64,000 nt of DNA from Lama glama (lineage: Eukaryota), in the NCBI GenBank assembly GCA_028534125.1, contig CM052816.1, positions 18,354,001-18,418,000 of the forward strand, in the 5' to 3' direction. The position numbers and the translations under genes are program-made. How positions within the stretch are numbered: the first letter of the stretch is position 1; each line of letters opens with the position of its first letter. Below, piece after piece: positions 12,061-26,060 of the stretch. A model generated the notes under the pieces. It was given only the letters and a program-made list of their open reading frames with translations. It did not search any database and had not been told where the DNA came from.

Positions 12061-13539
12061 CAAAGTCTCAGTTTCTTTTTTTTACATTCACAGAAAAGCT
12101 CTAAGTCCTACTTCCAAGTGTTATTCAGTCATTCACTGGATAAATAGGCAAAAAAATTGGCATCCGATTTTCCTGATTAGATTTGAACTTACTTAAATAC
12201 AATCACTTACTCATCTTTTCCATGTCTTCCTGGACTTTTAGAAAGTCAGTCCAGTTTTCTATGCACAAGACAATGAGCCCTTAACAGGCAGCTCTGGCTC
12301 CAAGACCATCTCTTAGAGACAAGAGCCCTCCCACTTACCCTTACCCCTCCCACTACTCCTAGATAAGGTCCCTGGTAGCCACACACCAGCAGTTGCTCCT
12401 CAACTTCCAATAAATAAAACTCAAATCAGAGTATATAAATGGTCATTTTATGTAACATTTATTAAGTCCTGTAAAGTGGCATGCCATGGGCTGAGATATA
12501 CAAACGAATGAAGTTGATTAGCTAAGCCTGAAAATGTCAAAAATACAAAGAGAATTTGGACAGGGCTCCTGGACCCTAAGAATAAAAAGCACTGGGTGCC
12601 CAAGCATGAAACAGGGTTATTTCCCCAGGGATACCAGGAGAGCCATCCTGGAGTTACCTTCAAGCTGGTCTTGAAAAAGGGCAGAGGTTCTTAGAAGAAG
12701 TAAAGAGGACTTCAGTCCAGGCATGAAAACACAAGGTAAAAAGAATGGTGTGTGCTCCTTGGATCAGAAAAATCATAAGTACTGATTTGCCTAATTTGGT
12801 TTTGGGGTTTTGTTTCATAATTAATAGGACTCAACACTTTTTTAATTGCTGCTTTGCCATCCAGTCATTAGACCATCTTAATAGCATTTTCAGCAATCAC
12901 AAGCAAATTTTTAAAAATTCCTTCGATACATACACTGTGCTATAATTACTCTTTGAAACAAGTCTCATGAACATTTACTATTCTGAATTCATAATCAGGT
13001 GAGTTATGACATAATCCTCTGGAAGGGTATGTTATCTGATGATGCCAATTCTAAATGAGTGTTTCTCTGAAATGTTTTCACACGATACAGTAAGTACAAA
13101 CAAGATGCACAGGTCACATTTGCTCTGAATCTCATTTTGGATCTTCTTTTAATTTGATCTTAGGAAAACAAAGTTATTAGATATCAAATAGGAAAGACTG
13201 CATCCCTGGCCAAGACAGCATCAAGGGTGGATATTGCTCTCCAACACTAAGATTTAAAGTTTCAGCAAACTTTATCCAAAGGAAAAACAGGCAGGTTTGA
13301 ACACCATAACTCAAAATTTTTTCTGTTTATATTGGCAAATGTGCAATTCATGTAGAAAATGAAATTGTTGTAAGAAAAAGAAAATTCATCTATAATCCCA
13401 TCAGATACTAACATGTTAAGGAATTTCCTCACAGTGTTTGATGCCCAAAGCATGCCACATATGAGCTCCTGCTATCCCTCTGCACCTTAAATCCTGCTCG
13501 TGTGAAAACTTAAATGTATCCCCAATCCATTGCCATTCC

Positions 13540-15290
13540 TGCACCCTTACCACCGCTGCATCTGACCAGGTGATCACAACAGCTTCTACCATAATCCTAC
13601 CTCCAGGCCACAACACTCCCCAACGCTGAGGCAGGTCTTGCACACAGGGCCAGAGGATCCCACTGAAGGACAAATCAGACCATGCCATTCTCTCACTTAT
13701 AAAGCTCTGGTGGCTCCCCACTGCCTACGGAATGAAGTTCAAGGTCCTTATCATGGAAGACAAAACCCTCCATGTCCTGGCTCCTGTCTATGTCCCCAGA
13801 CTCACCTTCTGCTGCCCTCTGCCTCTGCTTGCAGTTCCCTGTATATTCATGTAGCATGTTTTTGTGCCTCTATGCCTTTGCTCATGCTGTGTCCTTGACT
13901 TGGGATGCCCTTCCTCTGCCTCTTGAACTTGGGAACTATGATTTGCCCTTTAAGACCCAACCACAACTTAGTTCCTCTGGGCAACTTCCCTAAATACACA
14001 GGCAGGGCTAAGAGCCCATCTTTGATGCTGATGTCCCAAAGCACTGAGCCTACATCTGTCCCTTATCAACTCCTTACTGCCACAATAATGTTGTATTACA
14101 AACCAACCCAAAACACAGTAGTCTACACTTAAACATTTATTGTCATGTTCACAAGTCTGTGGGTCAAGGGAGGAGGCTCTACTTATCTCATTCTGGGATC
14201 CAGGTTGGATGAACAGTGGAAACCAAGGGCACTCTTGGTGGAGGCTCAGAACCCCCAGAGAGATAAGGGGAAATGCATGATGCCTCTTAAGACCTAGGTT
14301 TATATAAAGGTCACACACTGTAGTTTCATGGGCTAAATAAGTCCCATACCAAACCCAACATCAGTGGGAAAGGAAGCATGCTTGTCTCATGGAGATGGGG
14401 AAGGAGGAAGGAAACATTTGCTAAACATGGAGCTAATTTAACACAGTGCTCACCTCATAAATAGTAAATATGTTTCCAGTTGCTCATGCCAAAAACCTCA
14501 GCGTCACTCATCCTTATCTCTTTTTTCTTTTATTTTTTCTTTCTCGATATCCAACCCATCAATAAATCTGCTTGGCTCTATCTTTCAAAGACATTCAGAA
14601 TTCTACATTCTCTCCCTCTGGCTCCTGTCTACTTCCCGAGACTCATCCTCTGCCACCCTCTGTCTCTACTTGCAAGCTTGATCGTTTACCTTTCTGGACC
14701 AGGCCACCTTCATCTCTCCTCTAAGTAACTGCAAAGGCCTCTTAATTGGTCCTCCGGCCTCTGCTCTTGCACCTTACACTGTATCCCATCCTAGTAGCCA
14801 GAATGATTCACTTCAAGCATATACCAGATCATCCTAACTCCACTTCTTAAAACCCTCCAACGACTCCCTGCCTCACCAGAGTAAAAGCCAGAGTGCTACA
14901 TGTGCCTATCAGGGCTTTGGCCTTCTGTCTCCTGCTGCTGCTCTGTTCTCCTCCTTACGCACTCCGTCCCAGCAACTGGCCTCCTTGCTATTCTTCAGAA
15001 AGGCCAGACACTCACTCTCTTCTGGCTTTGCACTCTTCTCCCTCTTCATAAGTCTACATAGGTAACTCCCTCCTTCATCATCTTTGACTCTCTATCCAAC
15101 ATCACCTCCTCAGGGAGTTCCTGCCTAAGCATCTATATGTACAAAACAGAAATCTGCAGCCCCCGGGCCCTCAGTAAAAGATAAGCTCCAAGAGGGCAGG
15201 TGCTCTATTTTGCTTTTGGCCATATTCCAAGACTGAGAACAGTGCCTGGAACAGAGTGGGAACTCAACGACTATTTGTTGAATGAGTGAC
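13540..15290 (+). mobile_element. L2 LINE fragments, including an L2a-type 3' end at ~15170-15290, with an interposed MLT1-like LTR fragment (~14060-14445, minus)
   Basis: aaatcagaccatgccattc; ttaaaaccctccaa; gtaaaagccaga; agaacagtgcctggaacagagtgggaactcaa..tatttgttgaatgagtga (L2 tail). Confidence 0.7.
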
Positions 15291-18200
15291 TCATTCATAT
15301 ACAGCACTGCCATATAACATTAGAACAACTCGTTATGTGAAGTCTCCCCTGTGGGTGGGCAGTGACCATATCTCACTCTTCCTCACATCTCCTGTATTGT
15401 CACTGCTTCTAGAACACAGAAGACTCAGTAAGCACAGGCTGAACTGGGTGGAACACTTTGTAAGGATGGATTACTGGAAAGCACTCAAGCTCTCACTCTA
15501 ACAGACTCAGACTGTTTCTACTACTTACCAATTGAGTTTATTTGGAAGGAAATGTTTTCCCAGGAAATACTATGAGACTGAGCATAAAGAAACTCAGGTT
15601 TAATTAATTAAAAGGCACAAAAAAGAAGCTCCTTAACCCACTTGGCTGTAGGACCTTCACTGTTCTTCCCTCTGGTCTGTCAGCTTCCTGAGGGCAGAAA
15701 CCATGCCTGCCTTGCTCCTCACTGTATCTCCAGGGCCTGAGCACAGTGCTCTGCACAAGATGGAAGCTCTATTCATTTTTATTGATTAAATAAATAAATA
15801 AAGGAATACACGAGTTCTTCTATGAGCCAATCCACAGACCAAAGTGGTTTACGTGTGCTTGTGGATGAAAGCTTTGGAAGGATCCAGGAACAGAAAGTTA
15901 ATTCAGCATCATTCTGCAGCTATACTGTATACCTCCGCTCCTACATGGCAAACAGACCCAAAAGTCATGCCCGGTGCACCGTGAACAGCAGCCACAGTGC
16001 TGCCCCCTTTGGAATTCAGCTGGCAAAAGCAATGTCGCCTCACCCTGCCACATTCAGTTTCTCTGTGTATCTGAGGAGTGAGTGAGCTGCAAAGTGCTCC
16101 AGCCATTGTAAGGGGGCAAACCTGCCAGTCCTCTGTCTCACCCATTCCCAGAACTTCTCAACGTAAAGACAGTGATCCTACAGAGGATAGGGGGATCTGT
16201 TATAGAATGGAGGTGGATGGCCCTCTGGTAGGAGCTGTAAGACCAAAAAGGATGTGGGGGAGTGAACATACTGGCACCTGAAGGAGAGCCTTAGGGCCTG
16301 GGGAGCAACAGGGATGGCACATCCTGTTAGGGATAACTTCTGCCTTGGCATTCTGATGCCAACGCACCTGCTGGTAACTTAAGAGTGCAGGGCAAACTTG
16401 GCTTCCTGAGCTCAGCCAGGCTTACCTCCTGACCTGCCCCTCAGTGCAGATGCATGGATACTGCCTCACTTCATTTCATCACCTTGTCTCTTACCAACAG
16501 GCCCCTTTAGGGTGATACTCAGGGTTTCAGAGGACATGACAAGGCAGTTGGTATTTTTATCAGATGAGTACTCCCCAGTGTTAGTATTATGGAAATTGGA
16601 GTCAGCCATACCCAAGTTCAAATGTCAGCTGCCACTGAGGTCTCTGGGCCTCAGTTACCCTGCCTATAAAGAGGAATGATGACAGTATCTACTTCCCAGG
16701 TTTGTCATAAGAATTCAATGAGGTAAATATGTAAAGCCCTCAGCCCAGGGCCTGACCTATAGTAAGCATTCAGTAAATGTTAACTAACAGTAGTAATAAC
16801 TGTAACAGTCATATACTTTAATATTGTCTCCCATTCTAGTGAGCACAGAGACCAACCAGTCACACTGAGGCCAACCCCAGGAAGGCAGGGGAGAGGTGGG
16901 GCTGCTTCTATGTAAGTGAACCATGGGGCTTCCTATGGGTCCCTCTTTCTCCTTCAACTCACACATCCTGACTGATTTCCTGAGCCACAGCTTGGAGCAA
17001 TCACTCTACCATGGAGCAGTGACCTATGGTTGATAGAAAGATGAAAGGCGGCGGGGGAGGGGGGGAGGCGGTGAGGAAAAGGAGATAAAGACAGGGCCTT
17101 GGAGATTCCAGGGAGGCCTGGAGCTGTGAGGGGTGGGGTCGGGGCAAGGCTCACAAAGGCAGACCATCTTGCCTTCCCATCTTGGTTCCCGAAGAAAAAG
17201 TAGAAAGCTGAGGAGAGGCTCTTCTGGGAGCTCAGCAAGAGAGAACTAAGCAGCATCTTTAATCTGGATAAGGATGTGCGGAGAGTGTACATGAATTCCT
17301 CTCTCCATACATGAGCGCTTTCGTGTTTAATTGTGAGAAGTTACGTAAAACACTGGATAATGTACATAATTTATGCACATAACCATCTGTGCTTAAAGGA
17401 GCTCATACCCATCACAGTCTACCCTTTGGTGAATGTTCTCCGCCTCTGGGCCAGTGCACTTGCCAGGCCCTCTTCCTGGATTGGGTCCCCATGACCTCTC
17501 CTCCCTACACCTGCCTCGCCCCTGCTAGCTTCTATTCATGCTCAGGGCTCATTTTATACTCTGCCTCCTCTTGGAAGTTCCCCATACCTGTAGTTGGATG
17601 GCATGTCCCAAGACACTTACGTCACCTTGTGGTCGTTACCTAGACACTTGTCATTCTCTCTAGCAAGACCCTGAGTTCCTCAAAGGCAAGGACTGCATTT
17701 CATTTAGGTTGTATCTCCAGTACCTGGTACACAGTGAGTGCTCAAATATACTTGCTGAATTTGAGTAAATTACTTGAATTGCTCATTTGTTTCCTTGAAA
17801 GACAGCCTCTATCCTCCTTAGGCCAGCCACTAAATATGTCAGAGAGGACTTGCTATAAAGTCAACAAGCAGAGCAAACCATTACTTCTGGGACATCATAA
17901 TGTCATGGTGACGGGTTAAGGAGCCCCTTACAATGTCAGAGGCTACCAATTAAGTAAACCAAAAACCAGTTTGAAAACCAAAGTATCAGAGGCATTGTCA
18001 ACACTGCCTGGCTAAGAAGGGCAGTGCAGTCACCTGTAGGTCCAGGCTCAGCACACAGGGCCTGCACCTCCGCTGTGGGCTATCAAGCACTCTGCTCCAA
18101 CCCCATGCTCCAAGGCGCTGCCTGCCCCTTCCCCAAAGGGCGGATACAAGGTGAAGCTGCCAATTAAATCCAACAATGGATGTGTCAGCTTTGTTAGAAA

Positions 18201-19359
18201 AGGCACTTGAAGATCAACACCACAAAAGAGACAAATTTTCCATACACTCTGCTAACCTACAAGCCACATGTATCATAATACTGGTTCATTCTTGCCACAA
18301 ATAACTGTAAAGCAACCTATATGTGTTAGCTTATTTACTCCTTGCAACAATCCTATACAGTTAATAACAGTATCATCCCCATTATACAGGTTAAGCTAGA
18401 AAACACAGAGAAATTAAATTACACACTCAAAATCACACAGACAGCATGCAGCAGAGCTGGGATTATGAATCCACACACTGAGTACAGAGCCCAAGCACTA
18501 CCCACTCAGCCATCCTTCTCATGCAAAGACTGATCAGGCCTGTCCTGAGAAAATCTAAGATCACCAATGGCTCACATACAATCATCTTCCCCAAATCCTG
18601 AGAACCTGTTGGGAAATGCAGGGAGTAAGTTCAGGATGAATAAAAGCAGGTCTCCCACAGATAGCAAATAAAACTGTCAAGGAGGCAGGGGGTGACCAGT
18701 GGCAAAGTTTGAGAGCCGGGTCTTTGAGGGGGTCACTGGAGCAGGCGGCCAGCACTACCATCCACACCCCTGGGTCACAACCATGGATTCTGAGGACCCA
18801 GGGGATGTCTAAACCCCCCTGGGAAAGCCAAGGCGAGAAATGCTGGCTATCTGACTCATACATCATTATACGTCATACTGGACTTGAACCACCTTCTTTG
18901 GATCTGTGTCTCTAAGTGGAAGTAAATGCTGAAGGATATTTGCCTTTTATGATCCTATGGAGCACGGGCTTATTGATATGGCGAAGGTTAATGAAATAAT
19001 TAAGTGTGTGCATGAAAGCTAAGACATGGATTGAAATTTTTCAATTTGCATCTGCAGTAATGAGCGACAGGCTCAGGTTCTTACCCTGCATTTCACACCC
19101 ATTAATTATTTCAGTGATTCCAGTTACAATTAATAAGGATTCAGCCATGTGTGTTAAATCTTAACATTCAGTTTTCCCATCCATCACCTGAGTGAGGGGA
19201 TGTGCAGAAAGGAGTACTGGAGGGCAGGATGAGGCACTTAAGTCCTTTCTCAGCTAAAAGGCACTGATCCAGACCCATGTGCCCAGTCCCATGTTACGTG
19301 CTTCCCCTGTATTACCTCACTGAATCCTAGTGATACAATTTTAGTAAGTGTTTTAGTCC

Positions 19360-21870
19360 CTCTTTATGTCATGGCTGCCTCCTGGGTCACCCCTCAGAAC
19401 CTGCACTCAATTCCCCACCAGGTTCCTCGTATACCCTGCTCTGTCCTCACATCCACTTTCTTCATCTCTAGATACCCTCCCACTTCACTCTCTCAAAGTC
19501 ACAGTCTTTCTTCGGCAAAATCCCCTGTCTCACTGCCCCCTTCTCTTAGAGCTGCATCATCTTCTTGCTCTTTCTGAAGACTGGCTCCCCTAAGGACACA
19601 CTTCCCCAGTAGTCCTCCCATTGGAGTTAGTTTTGCTCCCACAGTCCTCATGCCATTGGGCATGGAGAAGGGGAAGGAGGGTGTACCCCTCTTCCTGTGC
19701 CTTAACTCTTCCAGACCTTTCTCCTCTCCTCCCTAAGAACACTGAGCTCTGAACCACATTCATCAGATTATGTTACCCATTACTCCACATCAATGCAGTC
19801 TGCAACAATGGGTCATGCTCTGTCATTTCTCCATGGTTTTAATTTCTGCTATTTAAACTCTTGACACTTTGATATATACACAGATCATCCTTTTAACACC
19901 TTAGCTCAGTTTTATGAACTCATCTCCTTCTGTGGTCTTACTTTAGTCACCATGAGCCTCCCTGAGCCTACACCTGTCATGATCATTCAATGAAAACTCT
20001 CCGTAATCCAAGCATCATCACATATCATACTCTATGACTTCCGGCTTGAATGTTTCCATCTCCCTCTAATACCCCAACTCTGTCAATCTTTTGCCTACCC
20101 CCAGGACTTCCAACTCATTAATCTGACCATCTTCTTTAAACAGACTTTATTTTTAGAGCACTTTTAGGTTCACAGCAACATTGAGCAGAAGGTACAGAGT
20201 GTTACCATATTCCCCCTGCCCCCACAGATACACAGCCTCTCCCATTATCAGCATCCCCTAACAGGGTGGAACATTAGTTACAACGATGAACCTACACTGA
20301 CACATCATTATCATCCAAAGTCCACAGTTTATATTAGGGTTCACTCCTGGTTTTGTACATTCTAAGAGTCTGGACAAATGTATAATGACGTATCTACCAT
20401 TATAGTATCATGCAGAGTAGTTTCACTGCCCTAAAAATCCTCTGTTCACCCTTCTCTCCCCCCAGCCCCTGGCAACCATGATCTTTTTACTGTCTTCATA
20501 GTTTTATCTTTCCCAGAATGTCATACAGCTGGAATCATACAGTATGAAGCCTTTTCAGATTGGCTTCTTTCACATAGTTATGTGTATTTAAGGCTCTCCC
20601 ATGTCTTTTCATGGTTCGATAGCTCATTTGTTTTTAGCACTGAATAATATTCCATTGTCTGGATGTGCCACAGTTATTTATTCACTTACTGAAGGATTCC
20701 TGGTTGCTTCCAGAGCTGCTATAAACATCCATACGCAGGTTTTTGTGTGGACATAGTCTTCGACTCCTTTGGGTGAATACCAAGGAGCATGACTGCTGGA
20801 TCATATGGTAAAAGTATGTTTAGTTTTGTAATAAGCCACCAACTTTATATTTAAAGTGGGTTTCTTGTAGACAACATACAGTTAGGTTTTTCTACTTTCT
20901 TTCTCCCATGGAAGTCCTGTCTCCATACCAGCCTTAATTCTGTGGACTACAGCCTCAGTTCCTCAGCCCCTATGTTGATTTCTCGTATTCGCTGGCAAAA
21001 ATACAATCCTGGTAAAATCTAATTCTCTACCTACTCCATGCTGGCACTCAGATAGGTGAATGTGGTGACAAAAATCAACCACGCTAGCTGGTCTCATTTT
21101 AAATTTCTGACAATGAACTTCAAATGGGTTCTTACTGTTCTTCAGCAATCATATCCTGCCTCCCCCATCTATTTACTCTTAAATCTCTCTAAAATCTATT
21201 TCAGACCTCCTTTCCTCACACTTCCATCACCTCCTCCCCAATTCCTACCCACAGCTGATAACTTTTCTTCCTATTTCACTGGAAAAAAATCGAAGCAGTA
21301 GAAAAAAGTCTCTGCAGAGTCCCACCATCAATGCATTCAGCTACTAGCATCCTTACCCACATACTTGACCTTCCCTCCTACTACAGATAAACCATATATG
21401 ATTCTATCCAAATTCATTCCTCCATTTAAACACTACACCCAATCTTCCATTCATATAGCTATTGAATTACTGGCTTCATATGATGATATACTGATATCAC
21501 AGACAATGATCAGCATAATTACCTACTGGAAAATTCCCATCAACATACAAAATATTATGGTTTCTCCCATCAGGAGAAGGCGGGAAGGAAGGCAGGTAGG
21601 CGAAGAGGGGGAGAAGAGGAAGAGTGAGTGAAGGTAAAAAGAAAGCTTCTCTTGACACTACTTCTCACACCAGCTATTTATCCATTTCTCTGTCCACCTT
21701 TGCAATGAAACTCCTCAAAAGGGTCATCGATATCACAATTCTTTTCTCTCTTCCCATTCTTTATCCTTACCAGTCATGCCTTCTACCCTCTCAAAACTGC
21801 TCCCATCAAGGTGACCAATGACCTCCAACTTGTTACATCCATGATCAAATCTCAGCCCTCCTCTTATTTG
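19360..21870 (+). mobile_element. Long ancient L2 ORF2 remnant (endonuclease to RT start), split by an L1MC-type insertion
   Basis: Residual peptides LLALSEDWL (APE 'LxLTETWL' motif, ORF 19366-19593), ADNFSSYFTGKK (cf. ADxxAxYFxEKI, ORF 21056-21301) and atcaaggtgaccaatgacctc (KVTNDL, near RT start, ~21805). Confidence 0.7.
20135..20890 (-). mobile_element. L1MC1-like LINE-1 3' end
   Basis: tttatttttagagca.ttttaggttcacagcaa.attgagc...gatgaacctacactgacacatcattatcatccaaagtcca...ttcactgccctaaaaatcctctgt matches the recalled L1MC1 3'UTR reverse complement. Confidence 0.85.
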
Positions 21871-23269
21871 GGAATAATTATATTATCAGCTTTATAAGAT
21901 AACTATGATCATTTAATTAAATACTAAAATGTCTAGAAACCTTTTATTGTACTGATTTCTTTCTTAATAATTTAATCACTTTTTAATTTATTGGAATTAG
22001 AATAGCAAGACCTATATTTTTGTGAATTCAGCATCTCAGTTTTAACATCCATGGCCCTTCTCTTCTCAATTTATTTTTTATATTCCCGTATTTCCCAAAC
22101 TATAGTATTTATGAAACAAAGTTTTGTATCATCCTTTAAACTTCTTTTTTTAATTGAAGTATAGTTGATTTACATGTTAAAAACTCAGCCTAAATGTGAA
22201 AAGCAGAAACCTCCCAGGTTTACAGAATGCACACATATGTTGATTTATCACCATTTGTATTTCAGTTGGAGCTTTCAATAAACATTCCTTCCCCATAAGT
22301 GGATCTCTGAAGGGAGGAGTGGGGGAGTGAATGTGAGGCTCACACTCTTTTTTAATCTAATTTCTAAGGTCTCCATGGAGCAATGAGTGTTAATTACACT
22401 GTACTGTGTGGGTGTCTCCACAGCATCAGTCTGAGAAATCTATTTATCTTTTCACCGACAGAATAATGAGCTTCTCTCTTTTGATTTAAGTTTGTCAGTA
22501 GCTTTGAAAAAGTTTGAGAGTTGGGGTTTTTAACCAAAGTCAAACAAACTAAACTGGTTTTTAATTACAGAAGCTGGAGCAAGTTTTGTTATTTGTGTTA
22601 TTTACTGTTAACTGTACTAAGCATTTCACATTGTTTGGCATTGACTCTCCCAGTGATTATATGGTGTATACAGTATTACAGATGAAAAATTGAGATGCAG
22701 AAGAGTTATATGGCTTGCTCAATTTCTCATAACTGACAAGTAGCAAAAAAGAAGTTCAATCTCAAGGTCCTTCTGACTTCAAAACCTGTGCACTTACCTA
22801 CTATACTATCGAATCTGTCAGGTATTCATATATCCATGTCCCAGTCCACCCTTTATTTCCTCAAGTTAGGTGAAAGTGAGGCCCAATTAAGCCTCTAGTT
22901 TTTAAGCGTGCTAAGTAGAAGGGAACGTGCTGCCTCACTAAGAGACGAGAGAGAGAAAAACAGGATTTGGGTCAGACTGACCTGTCTTGAATCTCGGCTC
23001 TACCACTTAGTCACTATGTCATCTTAGACAAGTACACTGCTCCAATGGCGTCAACAAGCATTTACTGAGAGCTTATCATGTTCCAGGAAATGTTCTAGGC
23101 TCTCATGATATATTTGTGGAAAAAATAGCAAATATTCTTGCTCTCAAGAAGCTTACATTTTGGTGAAAGACATGGACAATAAATATAACAAATAAGTAAA
23201 ATATATAGTATGTCATATGGTCATAAGTACTATGAAGAAAACAAACAAAAAAAAAGCAGGAAAAGATGA

Positions 23270-23769
23270 NNNNNNNNNNNNNNNNNNNNNNNNNNNNNNN
23301 NNNNNNNNNNNNNNNNNNNNNNNNNNNNNNNNNNNNNNNNNNNNNNNNNNNNNNNNNNNNNNNNNNNNNNNNNNNNNNNNNNNNNNNNNNNNNNNNNNNN
23401 NNNNNNNNNNNNNNNNNNNNNNNNNNNNNNNNNNNNNNNNNNNNNNNNNNNNNNNNNNNNNNNNNNNNNNNNNNNNNNNNNNNNNNNNNNNNNNNNNNNN
23501 NNNNNNNNNNNNNNNNNNNNNNNNNNNNNNNNNNNNNNNNNNNNNNNNNNNNNNNNNNNNNNNNNNNNNNNNNNNNNNNNNNNNNNNNNNNNNNNNNNNN
23601 NNNNNNNNNNNNNNNNNNNNNNNNNNNNNNNNNNNNNNNNNNNNNNNNNNNNNNNNNNNNNNNNNNNNNNNNNNNNNNNNNNNNNNNNNNNNNNNNNNNN
23701 NNNNNNNNNNNNNNNNNNNNNNNNNNNNNNNNNNNNNNNNNNNNNNNNNNNNNNNNNNNNNNNNNNNNN
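23270..23769. other. Assembly gap, exactly 500 N
   Basis: Run of n from 23270 to 23769; the round length points to a nominal scaffolding spacer. Confidence 0.99.
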
Positions 23770-25449
23770 ACTTTTATCCCAGAGTCAAACAGATCTTAGA
23801 AATTACAGTACCCTCAAGGACCCCTAACTCACTCCAGTAATTAAGCTAAAGACCAACTACATATTTCTCTCTCATTATTTCTATACTAAATGCTCATATA
23901 TGGATTCAGAGTCTTAATGAGCATTTGCTCCTTTATATATTCCTCCCATTACTTACTATAATGCTTTACTCTTTTATTAACATTCATCTGCCTAAGGTCA
24001 CTTGGAAATTTCTTGATGAAAGGGGAGTTTTCTAAGTACAATTGTGAATGAAAATCTTTGCTTAATAGAGATGCTTTAACTTATAGTAATCAAAGCCATC
24101 ATCCTATCTTGCCTGATTTATTGCAGTAGCCTCTAACTGGTCTACCTACCTCTGCCCTCTCCCTCCCCTCCTCCTCACCACAGCAGTGGGCAGAAGCAGC
24201 AGCAAAGATGTGGTTTCAGTGAAGCCTAACTTCAGCCTGACTCACTGGGAGCTCTGGAACATAAGCAGCACTGCAGACATGCTGCCACGTTGCTCTCTCT
24301 GTCGTCAGTTACTCTCAATTGCAGTGTCCTCTTTGGTAGTCAATATCATCTGTTCCATTTGTCTACTTATTTACTATTTCCCCCAACACAGAAAACTCTG
24401 TGGCAGCAGCTCACCACTGTATTTCTAGCCTAGAACAGACCCAGGCAAGCTAAAGAGTCTCAGAAATACTTACTGAATAAGTGAATGGTTGAATGAATGA
24501 ATGCACTGTATCTTTTTATTTTTCTCAAATACAACAAAAGCCTATGTTCAAGGTAAGATGCATTCCCAAAAGCTGTTGAGGAAACTCTCAGGGTTCTCTT
24601 GAGAATCAAAATGAGATGAGTAGGATAGGAGACCATGAGCTACTAGACATTACTTGTCTCATTCTTGAATTACAACTACTGGCACCAAGTTCATGGAAAC
24701 TCAGATCATAACTAATGGCCCTATTTTACTTAAAAACAAAATATCATTGTTTGATCAACAAAATTAGTAACAATTTGGCCAGCAAATTGCATCCTGAAGG
24801 AATTACAAATCAATTTATCTTTTCATACTTATTATTCCATAATAAATCCATCTGATGCATCATCTTCTGACTGCTTTGCTTATTCACTCCCCTTCTGACA
24901 GGTATTAGCTGTTTTTGAACAGGCAGACTTGTAAGCTTGAAGAAGAAGGGAATAATCATGTGACACCTATTATCAAGAAAATTTATGGACATTCAAAAGA
25001 TAAGACCTAGTCCCCTGCCATCAGAAACATACATCTTAAAGGGCTACATATTTGTGAATCCAGCCTTTTACATAAAAAAGAAAGATTAATTCAGGGGAAA
25101 AAATGATGTGGGAAATCTTTGTGGAGGAAAGGAAGGAAGTTTCTGAGTCAAACCCTGAAAGGTAGGTCAGAGCTCAAAAGAAAAGAAGATTCCAAATGGA
25201 GGAAAACAGTGGGGAAAGCGCAAAGATGTGATAAAGTTTGGAGAATTATAGACGGTGAGGGTGAGAACACAAGCGAAGAAAGACTGGGGTGGAGGGGACA
25301 CAATGGGGTGGGGGATAGGGGACTGGGGTTGAAGGAGATACAACCTGCTGGGGAAGCAGGCCGGCTGTGGTGGACTGGGAAAAAGACATGCTGAAGTGTA
25401 TGGTCTTCACTCCATAACGGAAGGGGAATCCTCAAGTTGTCTCTGCAGT

Positions 25450-26060
25450 GTGCATTTATCATTTTACTTATTGTACAAATAGCATTTTAACAATAAGAAA
25501 AATATTTAAAAGGAAAAGGACAGTCTACAGTCATGTGCCTCTTTGTCAACTGTTTTCATTGGTTTACATTCGTCCCATTCTTTCCCCCATTAGACATACT
25601 TACAGCTATAGGGTAAATAATTTTGTGATTTGATTTACCTACATTAGAAAGTATATATTTTTCTATGATTACTATGTTTATGTCAGCATAAGATTGATAC
25701 ACTTTTGTTTGTATCTCCTCTGTTGGTGCATATTCACTTTTTATATGTAGTTATATTTTTCTATTATCTCCATACATATCACTTACTTTCCTTCTTTTCT
25801 ATTATTTCCTAAAACTGAATTTCTGAGAATGAGGCTCCTGGGTCAAAGAATACAAATATTTGTGGAATACACTGCAAAATTATTTTCCCAAAAGGCTATA
25901 CTAATTTTCAATGTCAACAGTGTTATACAGCTGAACTGGTTTCACTACTCTGCAAGCATTAGGTATTATTAAGATATTCTCCTCTAATTGAATAGATGCA
26001 AAATAATATCTTATGCTTATTTTAAAATTCATTCCTCTGGTGCCTAGGAAGATGAGCATT
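25450..26060 (-). mobile_element. Highly degraded L1ME-like fragment
   Basis: ctgggtcaaagaataca...ctgcaaaattattttcccaaaaggctatactaatttt; aatagatgcaaaataatatcttatg. Confidence 0.55.

Noticed and set aside
22145..22175. Short ttttttaattgaagtatagttgatttaca motif, with a similar one at ~44393-44422
   Set aside because: Probably tiny antisense L1 3' tails, but I could not define TSDs; too short to call.
23217..23840. 207-aa and 177-aa ORFs
   Set aside because: Artefacts of translating through the N gap.
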